From contig OZ024743.1 of NCBI GenBank assembly GCA_964016885.1, forward strand, positions 212,598,001 to 212,662,000: a stretch of 64,000 nucleotides of DNA. Reading direction: 5' to 3'. The notes beneath the pieces are model-generated. The model was given only the letters and a program-made list of their open reading frames with translations, ran no database searches and was not told the origin of the DNA. Numbering within the stretch: the first letter of the stretch is position 1; each line of letters starts with the position of its first letter. Made by a program: the position numbers and the translations under genes. Shown here in pieces: positions 55,375 to 64,000 of the stretch. This stretch comes from Eledone cirrhosa. Lineage: Eukaryota.

Positions 55375-56470
55375 GATAAGATTAGGGAAGAAGACGCACG
55401 AGGTGGTAGAACGTCACGAAATTGCTCCCGTAAGTTTTTTGATTTTTAACATATTTAAATCAATTGTGAAAGAACAATTCTTAGCACAAATGTTGCATAA
55501 AGGCACCGAATGAGGTCCCATAAAGTTTCGGATCCATATTATATTGTTGTATCGCTCAAATATTCAATTTTGTATTATATATTTTGTATTCAAAAAAGAA
55601 AATGGTTATAAATGGAACAAAACACCCTCTGTCTACAGTATATAGAACAGCAGCAATTTCAATTTCACCAACACCAGAAACTTGATACACTTGATACACT
55701 ACCTATCCCATCACACTAAATATAATTTCACCAGCATCATAATAATAATTACTATTATTATTGTCTCAAATTTAAAAAAATGTTTAATTCAAATTTTACG
55801 GGAATATGTCAACACAAAATATAATAAAAATATATATTAAACATACGACACAAACTCCACAACACCACCGCTGCCACCACCCCACCACATCCATCATCGC
55901 CGCCACCACTCATTCAATGCTACTGACACTATTCCCCTGTTAACTTGAGAGAGAAAAGGGAAGGTGGCGGTAGCACTAGACAAGAGAGAGGCTAGCAAAA
56001 GATATAAATAGATTGACTTGGTGACCTTGCCACGGCCAAACGTCTACATCAACAATTATGGGACTGCTGGCTCACCCCTTCCTCACCAACAATATAAAAA
56101 GCCCCGGCACCACCACCGACATAGCCAACAACAATAACAGCCAACTACAACAAAAAGTATATTATATTATTGTAATGCACTGGGTGATTGCTGGCCTTGT
56201 GCCTGGAGTGGAGACAATTATTAATAATTTCATTCTTAAGCCACGCAATGCTCACATTAAGGAACCACTCATGATAATAACAATTTTAAAAAAAAACAAC
56301 AAAAAGAAAACCCCGTGACCAAGAAATACCGGGATGGCGGCCGGCGGGGAATAGCCATGTCTCTAGGGGAGAACGACCCCTCTAGTCTTGGTTGACACTC
56401 GTTCTAGAAGTGGTAACACGAAATGATTACCCCTTGGCGGATAAGGATAAAACGCGACAAAATAAAGTAA

Positions 56471-59400
56471 ATGTCTAATGATAAAATCTCATACCGGATC
56501 GGCCGTCACCCGGGTAAAAAAGGGCCGCGTCCCTCAGAGAGGAACCAGACTGGGGTCGAAAAATCAGCTAATGGTTCAAACCTTCCCATCACTTCGGAGC
56601 TGGAGACCTCCCATAACCGGAATACTCCTACTGTTGGCCCTCCATGCTCACCACCAAGAAATCCAAAGAAAAAGAGAGAAAAATGGTCAAGGGAAGATAA
56701 TAAAGAAGTCCTTGAGGCTTTCTACACTGCCATGTACTACCCATCAAATACATCGAATACAGAACAGACATATATCAACTGGAAAAAGAAACATCCCGAA
56801 AACAGAGGCTATATTGACAGTAACAAACTAGCCAATATACGAAGAAATATTGTAAGAAAAAAGTTACTAACTGATATAGAAATTGATCAGATCAAGCTAT
56901 TAGCACAAAGTCAGCGAAGGGAAAATGAAACATGTGTCAGTGAAAACGAGGTAAACTGTAACACTTCGAACCCCAGGGTTGGGGCGGAATCACTGGCAAC
57001 AGAACAGATTAAAGAAAGGATCGAAAAAGTGGAGGGAGTGCATGCTCAGGATGAAACTCCAAATGAAAATAATGAGATCGTAAATGATAAAGAATTGAAT
57101 GAGAATGAACTTGCCAACTTGAAGGATGAAATTATGATCGAATGGATGAAAATGAAAGAATCTGACATGGGGCAACGAGACATCCTCCCTAAGATCCAGA
57201 ACTCCAAACAGAACCAAAAGATAATACACAAGACTAACATAATTCTCAAAAACATTATCATCACAAACAAACTAAACATTACTGATTTAAATCATCTCTA
57301 TTATGCATCGGCTAAAGTCACCACTCACTTATGTGGAGTGAAGATGAAAAAACAAAGGAATTCCCACAAGAAATCTACTTGGCAAGAGAACATCAATCGC
57401 CAAATAAACCTTCTCCGATCTGACATAGACATTTTAACAAACTATAAAGTAGGTGAACATGTTAAACAAACTAAACTTAGAAAATTGAAAAAAAAGTACA
57501 GTATAAAATCAACATGTGACATAGACATGCTGATAGAAATAATCAAGCAAAAAGTGTCGGCCAAAGCTGCTCGTATAAGGCGCTTTGAAAAACGATCTAG
57601 ATTCTATAAGGACAATAATATGTTCAAAAACAACCAAAGAAACTTCTACAGAAAAATTGGTAAGTCAACAATAACTGCTAAATCAATACCACCCAAGGAG
57701 GAAGTGCAAGAATTCTGGGAAAAGATCTGGGCCGAAGAAAAAGTTCATAACATACATGCCCCATGGATAGACAGACAAATGAAAGATACAGCTCACCTTG
57801 AGGAACAAATATGGGAAAATGTAACAGTTGAACAGTTGCGCTTGGCTCTAAGAAAAACCAGCAAATGGAAATCCCCAGGAAAAGACAAAATACAAAACAT
57901 TTGGATAAATGCCTTCACAGAGTCTCATGAGCTGTTAGCCCAACTTTACAATGAAATAGTTAAGGAGCCAGAAAAGATAACTTCATGGCTAGTTAACGGC
58001 ATTACATTCCTGCTTCCGAAGAATGATGAGACAAACAATCCCAACAATTACAGACCGATAACTTGCTTGACCACAATGTATAACATTTTAACATCAGTCC
58101 TAACTGAATACACATATGACCACCTGATAACAAATGACCTATTTCCCATTGAGCAGAAAGGGTGTAAACGAGGCTCATATGGCTGTAAGGATCAGCTTCT
58201 GGTTAACAAAATGATACTGGAAGATTGTCATAATAGACACAAAAATCTATCGATTGCTTGGATAGATTATAAAAAAGCATTCGATAGTTTGCCACACAGT
58301 TGGATTGAAAAATGTTTAGAGATTTTCAAAATATCCCCCGTTGTCAGGAGGTTTTTGTCATTCAGTATGAGGACATGGAGAACGACACTCCTTTTGAATA
58401 GTGAAACAAAATCACTGGAAGCTGGAGAAGTTAACATTAATTGTGGAATTTTTCAGGGTGACTCTTTATCGCCACTTTTATTCTGCATCGCACTTATACC
58501 ATTAAGTAAAATGCTCAATGAAACAAAACATGGATATAGAGTCTATGACAAAACCATTAATCACCTGTTCTACATGGATGACCTGAAACTATTTGCAAAA
58601 AATGATGAACAATTGCAAGGGCTATTATCCACTGTGAAGCAGTTCAGTGATGACATTAAAATGGAGTTTGGAGTGGATAAATGCGCCAAAGCAACGTTCA
58701 CCAGAGGAAAGCAGCTGAAGAGTTCAGACATTAATCTTGATCGGGGGAACGTGATAAGAGAGCTTGATCAAGAAAAAACTTACAAATATCTAGGTGTTTG
58801 TGAAGGAGACGGAATCAAGCACTCGACAATGAGGGAAAGGATAAGGAAGGAATGTTACCGCAGAGTCAGAGCAATCTTAAGAACGGAATTGAATGCAAGG
58901 AATAGGATCGATGCCATAAACACGCTTGCCATACCAGTAGTAACCTACAGTTACAATGTCATCAACTGGTCAAGCACAGAGATCCGTAGGCTCGATACAA
59001 AAATCCGAAAATTCTTAACCATGCACAGAATGCATCACCCTAAAGCAGACATAGATAGAATATATCTCCCTAGGAAAGAAGGAGGACGTGGGTTAATCCA
59101 GTTAGACATTGCGTTGAAAACTGCAACAATTGGATTATCCACATATCTAAGGGAATCACATGATTGTATGATCAAACTCGTTTTGAAACACGAAAGCACC
59201 AAAAGATCATATTCCATTACAAAAGATGCACAAAGATACAGTAATGGACTACAAATTTCAGAAGTCCCATTTACTGCTGAAATGGAAAACACAGAAAAAG
59301 CAAAGCAGGTAAAAGTAACTGCAAAGAAAGAACTGCTACAGAAACTGGCTAAGAAATGGCAAGAAAAGCCCCTGTATGGAAAATACCCAGAGCGAGCTAA

Positions 59401-60121
59401 CAATCCTGATGTTGACAAAACTTTAACCCATCAGTGGTTGGCATCCTCTGGACTGAAATCGGAGACTGAAGGACTGATTATATCGGCACAAGATCAGTGT
59501 CTGCCAACAAAAAATTACCAAGCCAACATAATAAAAAATGGGTGCAGCCCATTATGCCGTGTATGCAAAAAACAACCAGAGACCATTGACCATATAATTT
59601 CAATGTGCAGTCCTATAGCTCCAACCGAATACCTAAACAGGCATGACAGAGCTGCACAATACATACATTGGATAATGTGTAAGCATTTTGACCTGCCCCA
59701 TCAAAAGAATTGGTGGGAGCATCAACCACCTCCCATACTTGAAAAAGATCACATCTCAATCTTGTGGAACTTTAGCAGCCAAACAGACCGAAAAATAGAT
59801 GCAAATAGACCTGATATAATATTGAAGGACTTTAAAAAGAGGGTATGCCTGCTAATTGATATGTCTGTTCCAATAGACAAGAATGTATCTATAAAAACAT
59901 TTGAAAAATTGAGCAAGTATAAGGACCTGGAGATAGAAATTGGAAAAATGTGGAAATTGAGAACTAAAACAATACCAGTGGTTGTAAGCGCTCTGCGAAT
60001 GATACCTAAGGGGTCTAACGACTACTTATCGCAAATCCCAGGAAACCCGCGTATAGGAGAAATACAAAAGATAGTACTAATGGGAACTGCCCATATACTA
60101 AGGAAGATCCTGTCAATATAA
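56471..60121 (+). CDS. Intact 1216-aa non-LTR retrotransposon protein: RT, CCHC and restriction-like endonuclease (R4/Dong-like); element spans about 56312-60260
   Basis: KSPGKD, YRPITCL, DYKKAFDS, GIFQGDSLSP, YMDD, YKYLG, CRVC...HIISMC, RHD, RPDI...D..VP, K..KY; 3' end runs into (TAA)n. Confidence 0.95.
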   Translation: MSNDKISYRIGRHPGKKGPRPSERNQTGVEKSANGSNLPITSELETSHNRNTPTVGPPCSPPRNPKKKREKWSREDNKEVLEAFYTAMYYPSNTSNTEQTYINWKKKHPENRGYIDSNKLANIRRNIVRKKLLTDIEIDQIKLLAQSQRRENETCVSENEVNCNTSNPRVGAESLATEQIKERIEKVEGVHAQDETPNENNEIVNDKELNENELANLKDEIMIEWMKMKESDMGQRDILPKIQNSKQNQKIIHKTNIILKNIIITNKLNITDLNHLYYASAKVTTHLCGVKMKKQRNSHKKSTWQENINRQINLLRSDIDILTNYKVGEHVKQTKLRKLKKKYSIKSTCDIDMLIEIIKQKVSAKAARIRRFEKRSRFYKDNNMFKNNQRNFYRKIGKSTITAKSIPPKEEVQEFWEKIWAEEKVHNIHAPWIDRQMKDTAHLEEQIWENVTVEQLRLALRKTSKWKSPGKDKIQNIWINAFTESHELLAQLYNEIVKEPEKITSWLVNGITFLLPKNDETNNPNNYRPITCLTTMYNILTSVLTEYTYDHLITNDLFPIEQKGCKRGSYGCKDQLLVNKMILEDCHNRHKNLSIAWIDYKKAFDSLPHSWIEKCLEIFKISPVVRRFLSFSMRTWRTTLLLNSETKSLEAGEVNINCGIFQGDSLSPLLFCIALIPLSKMLNETKHGYRVYDKTINHLFYMDDLKLFAKNDEQLQGLLSTVKQFSDDIKMEFGVDKCAKATFTRGKQLKSSDINLDRGNVIRELDQEKTYKYLGVCEGDGIKHSTMRERIRKECYRRVRAILRTELNARNRIDAINTLAIPVVTYSYNVINWSSTEIRRLDTKIRKFLTMHRMHHPKADIDRIYLPRKEGGRGLIQLDIALKTATIGLSTYLRESHDCMIKLVLKHESTKRSYSITKDAQRYSNGLQISEVPFTAEMENTEKAKQVKVTAKKELLQKLAKKWQEKPLYGKYPERANNPDVDKTLTHQWLASSGLKSETEGLIISAQDQCLPTKNYQANIIKNGCSPLCRVCKKQPETIDHIISMCSPIAPTEYLNRHDRAAQYIHWIMCKHFDLPHQKNWWEHQPPPILEKDHISILWNFSSQTDRKIDANRPDIILKDFKKRVCLLIDMSVPIDKNVSIKTFEKLSKYKDLEIEIGKMWKLRTKTIPVVVSALRMIPKGSNDYLSQIPGNPRIGEIQKIVLMGTAHILRKILSI

Positions 60122-61258
60122 GTACATCACAAGTCTAAACACTAAGGATGCATGTGTGAATATGTATGTTCTTTCTTGAACATGGCGGACCTTGTTGTCT
60201 CTTGAGGTCACTGGTTGTGACTTGGTGATAACTCGTATAAACATAAAGCAAGATAAATGCAAATAATAATAATAATAATAATAATAAAAAGAATTTTGCA
60301 AATGTGGGGAAGGGGGTATTTGAACTCGCTCATAAAGAGAAATAATTAAATACTGCAATACATTTTGTCTTCTTGCTCAACTGATTTTGCTCTTATAGCA
60401 ATAAAGTAAATAAAACAAGTTTTTTAATATCATAGAGATCACTGTATGAAACACTAGAGAGCTTATCTCACTTCATGACTGAACCTTCCTATTGTTAATC
60501 AATCAACTATGAATCAGGAACAGGAGAAGGAGAGCCCTGCACTTGGTTCAGAGAAGAGAGCTGTGTACTTGGCTGAGGGAGGAAGAATCATGTGTCTGCG
60601 TCAAGGAAGAACTAAAAGTGGAGCAGTCTTGTGTCTGGCTAATGAGTTTCTGGTTCAGGGAGGAAGTGAGAGAGACAAAGACGAGTTGTTATTTGCCTAG
60701 CTCTAGAAGGTAATCTGAGAGGAGATGTGAATCTGGTTAAGAACAAAACTGGCAAGCAAGGGGTAGAGTGAGTCATGCACCTCACTCATTGAAGAGATTC
60801 TTACAAGTGACTCAGAGGAGAAGGTAAGAGAGCTGTGCTCATATTAGGGGAAGCAGAGAGTACATTGAAGTAACTATCGTGGAGTCACAACACAATAGTA
60901 ATAGTAAATAACAAAAACTTTGGAGCATGTGGTCTGTATTACTCCAGCACAGTTACTGTTTCATATAGGCACTGCATATGGTCACTTACTCTGTGTACCT
61001 GGTTTAGGATAGGTACACCATATCCTGCATGTTGTAAAGAGGAGACTAAAAGGGTCCAGTATCAGAAAGGGCATCGGGTCATAAAACATTGTCTCGAACC
61101 CCCCTCCCTCCATGATGAGTATGATTAAACCTGTCACAGGGCTCACAAGTCTAACTCGCACTTTAGCAGGGAAAATGGTCTTAAAATGCTTGTTGTACAT
61201 GGCCATCTTAATTCAGATAATAAATAAATATATAGAGTTCTCTTGCTTCATTACTTAT

Positions 61259-61370
61259 CAGTTATGAACCATCAGTTTTTGGACTGCTATGAGGGCTTCA
61301 TAGCGAACATTTGGATCTTCATGTGTGAGATATTGCATCACAAGTTGTTTGGCACCAAGTTTTTCAATCA
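61259..61370 (-). CDS. ATP6V1H: V-type proton ATPase subunit H exon (C-terminal domain), possibly non-functional
   Basis: [37 protein letters not shown] matches the conserved subunit H C-terminus. Polypyrimidine tract and cag acceptor at 61371-61400. The donor reads TG|ataagt. Confidence 0.88.
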
Positions 61371-61893
61371 CTGAAAAAACAAAAACAAAAAAAAAAAATA
61401 CATGTAAAAACAGTGATGATGATGAAGATGAAATAAAGCCTATTTCAAGGGAATGGATGAGAAAGTAGGATTTGGAGGTTGATTTTGCCATATTTCTAAT
61501 AAAGGCCACTGCCTATGATTTTCAAATAATATCGAAAAAGAAGTTTGAAGGATTTATTAATATAATTGGTTTTCTCATTTTGAAGTTGGTGTTTGGAACA
61601 TAGTTTAAAGGCTTTTACATGATAATTATGATGGAAGGTTTTTAGATAAATATAAACTCTTTAAAATAGTCATGCATTGTAAAACTAAGAGTGGTTTGAT
61701 ATCGAAGTGGTTAATTGACTATAAAATACGATTGTTATTAAAAATAATTGTGGCTAATTTGCCAAAGCAAGAAATTATCTTTATGTCATTCAGCTGAATA
61801 ACTAATACACCCTACCACTAATCTTGTACAGATTCTAAACTTCTGAACAAATACTTCTCGAGAAGAAACAGATTTTTTTCTATATATCACTGT

Positions 61894-61990
61894 ACAAAGG
61901 TGGACCAAAAAGTTCATAGGATGACTATGAAGGAGTGATGCTAAAGCTGTGAAATCTTGCATGCCTTAATTTCAACTCTTATTAATAACG
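61894..61990 (+). mobile_element. Tc1/mariner-like terminal fragment
   Basis: ta-caaggtggaccaaaaagttc resembles a mariner TIR; no partner TIR seen. Confidence 0.4.
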
Positions 61991-62114
61991 GTAATGAAGA
62001 AGGGCTACTGACCTCCCAGACCACTGAAGGGTCTGTATCTCATTTACATATGGTCACATCGAGTGAAGAGGAGTTGTGTCTTTTGACACAAACCAAAGGG
62101 TCCTTCTAATCCCT

Positions 62115-62362
62115 AGTTTGGCAAGCTTTCTACGGCCGGATGCTCTTCCTGTCACCAACTACCTTACAGTGTGTACTGGGTACTTTTATTGTGTAGATCA
62201 CCAGCACTAGGGAGGCTGCCATCTCCTTGACAACTAAAGGATCCTCGCAACTCTTTGTTTGGTAAGCTTACTATAGCTGGATACCTTTCCTAACACCAAC
62301 CACTTTAAAATGTGTACTGGTTGCTTTTAATGTCTAGGGAAGCTGTCATGTCCTTGACACAA
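62115..62362. repeat. Two diverged ~140-bp tandem units of a retroposon 3'-end-like repeat
   Basis: ttggcaagc...ggatgctcttcct...gtgtactgg...tccttgaca occurs twice. Confidence 0.6.
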
Positions 62363-62391
62363 CTATTAATAAATCAATTGTCTGAAATAAT

Positions 62392-62611
62392 TATTTCTTG
62401 TATAGGCACAAGGCCAGTAATTTGAAGGGGAGGGGAAAGTCAATTAAATCGACCCCAGTGCATTACTGGTGCTTTATTTTATCGACCCCGTAAGGATGAA
62501 AGACAAAGTTAACCTCGGCGGGATTTGAACTGAGACCGCAAAGAGCCGTAACTCTATACCTGCAAAGCTTGGTGTCCGACTCCCTACCGATACTGCCAAT
62601 CCACCGCCCTT
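62392..62611 (-). mobile_element. SINE family 1, full length, 16-bp TSD
   Basis: TSD aattgtctgaaataat at 62376-62391 and 62612-62627. Confidence 0.93.
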
Positions 62612-62717
62612 AATTGTCTGAAATAATAACTTACTTCTTCCCTCGAGGGTAGTAGCGCACGTATTCACCAAAGTCATGAGCTGCTACAGAGAGAAACGTA
62701 ACTTTTTGCTCAATGTT

Positions 62718-62790
62718 GCTGTCTGATGAGATCACGAACATGGCTAAATAATCAAGTGACCATGATCGTCATTGAAATATGTATCACAGC
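62718..62790 (+). ncRNA. Solitary type I hammerhead ribozyme
   Basis: gcugu CUGAUGA gaucacgaacaugg...ccaugaucgucauu GAAA uaugua UC acagc; 5-bp stem I; 12 of 14 positions pair in stem II. Confidence 0.85.
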
Positions 62791-62857
62791 TTTATTAATA
62801 TAGGACTCTTTAACATCTACAACTTCGCATTTTCCTCATTCTAATTATACGCCATAC

Positions 62858-63032
62858 GTTGCAGCATAGAGTTACGGCCCTTTACGATCTGAGTTCAAAT
62901 CCCGCCGAGGTTAACTTTGCCTTTCATCCTTACGGGGTCGATAAAATAAAGTTCCAGTCACGCACTGGGGTCGATTTAATCGTCTTTCCCTTCCTCCAAA
63001 ATTGATGGTCTTGTGCCTATATAAGAAACCGT
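62858..63032 (+). mobile_element. SINE family 1
   Basis: gagttcaaatcccgccgaggttaac...; its tail is cut by the LTR. Confidence 0.88.
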
Positions 63033-64000
63033 TGTAGTGACTAGCGCTATCTCTCCGGGGAACCAGACTATTTGGAGTTACTTCCCCGTGGCCAGTATAT
63101 AAGCGGGCGTTACGATGCCTCTCTCTCTCTCTCTTTTCTCCTTTTGGCCGCCTGCTTAGTAGGCCAGGCACGGCTACGCAAAGGTAGCTCTTAGCATCTT
63201 ATATATCTTTCGGTCGAGTTTTTCCGACCTGCAACACATCTGCTGAGGACTTATACCATAAGGCTCAGCTCAGGTGTATTCCAATCCTTTTTACAAGGAT
63301 TAACAAAGCAAGTCACAGGTATGTCATTTAACCATTGTAATACACACACGCACGAGCACACGAATAAAGAAAAACTACCTTCATATACATTTGAGAAGAC
63401 TTATCGTTGTTATTATTATATATATTATTTCCTGTCTGCATCTCATCATCTTGCTTCCTGCTTTCCTTACATATTCTTGTGTTCCTTCACTTATTAAATT
63501 ATTAAATTAGTAATTGGCATACAGTGTTATCTACTAGAGTAAATAACCTTATGACCAGTTCACTAAAGTGGTGACCCCGACGTGATGCGAACACACGACA
63601 TGAAAAAACACAAACAAACTCTTCTTTCGTTGCAGCAAACTCATCAACAATTTACAACCCGAAAGAACAAAAAATAAGGAACATGCAGACATACACAGAC
63701 ACCGAACACGTGTTGAACTTTTCGTTGGGACACACTTTCTTCGACCTAACGTGGAATTATGACACAAAAATTTCTCCGGCATTCTAGGACACAAATTTTC
63801 TTCGACAAACAACAAAAAAAGAAAACAAAAAAAAACAAAACAGTTTCTCCATCGAACAATAACATTTTTCTACACCTCACGTGTTGTATCACCTAAATGT
63901 GTCTCACCTTTTTCTCGCTTACTCGTTCAACCAAGTTTTTCCTTCTTCTTAATTCACATTCAGAGTGAGAATCAAGATGGCCGACAGCTGCCTTCTTTCA
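63033..64000 (+). mobile_element. LTR retrotransposon 5' end: LTR 63033-63567, tRNA-Trp PBS 63569-63586, leader running off the window
   Basis: LTR ends tgtagtga / tcactaaa (1 mismatch); TATATAA near 63097; AATAAA near 63363; PBS TGGTGACCCCGACGTGAT is complementary to the tRNA-Trp 3' end. Confidence 0.88.

Noticed and set aside
60480-60880. Purine-rich block resembling a solo LTR
   Set aside because: Could not define TG...CA termini or a TSD.
63560-63600. tRNA-Trp-like sequence on the minus strand
   Set aside because: Only the 3' end including CCA is present; explained as an LTR primer-binding site.

Overview
Repeat-saturated, AT-rich animal genomic DNA. The SINE families and repeat landscape look octopus/cephalopod-like (inference). 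Almost all short ORFs are (TA)n artefacts. Real coding sequence: four Penelope-like element (PLE) remnants (RT and/or GIY-YIG), a full-length but frameshifted Tx1/L1-group LINE, an intact 1216-aa R4/Dong-type RLE LINE plus a truncated sister copy, and one V-ATPase subunit H exon with an abnormal donor. Non-coding features: the 5' LTR and tRNA-Trp PBS of an LTR element, a decayed U2 snRNA copy, a ~9.8-kb 28-bp satellite, Helitron-like and hAT-like non-autonomous elements, and many SINEs. The main hidden signal is more than 20 type I hammerhead ribozyme (HHR) motifs from several unrelated sequence families. They include a near-perfect 492-bp non-coding tandem array (7461-10580) with one minimal HHR per unit (retrozyme-like). 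HHR-bearing units repeatedly sit in (TA)n as inverted pairs with both 3' ends pointing outward. Several unrelated HHR families share a C-C mismatch at the 4th position of stem II. All RNA folds were done by eye and no activity was tested.
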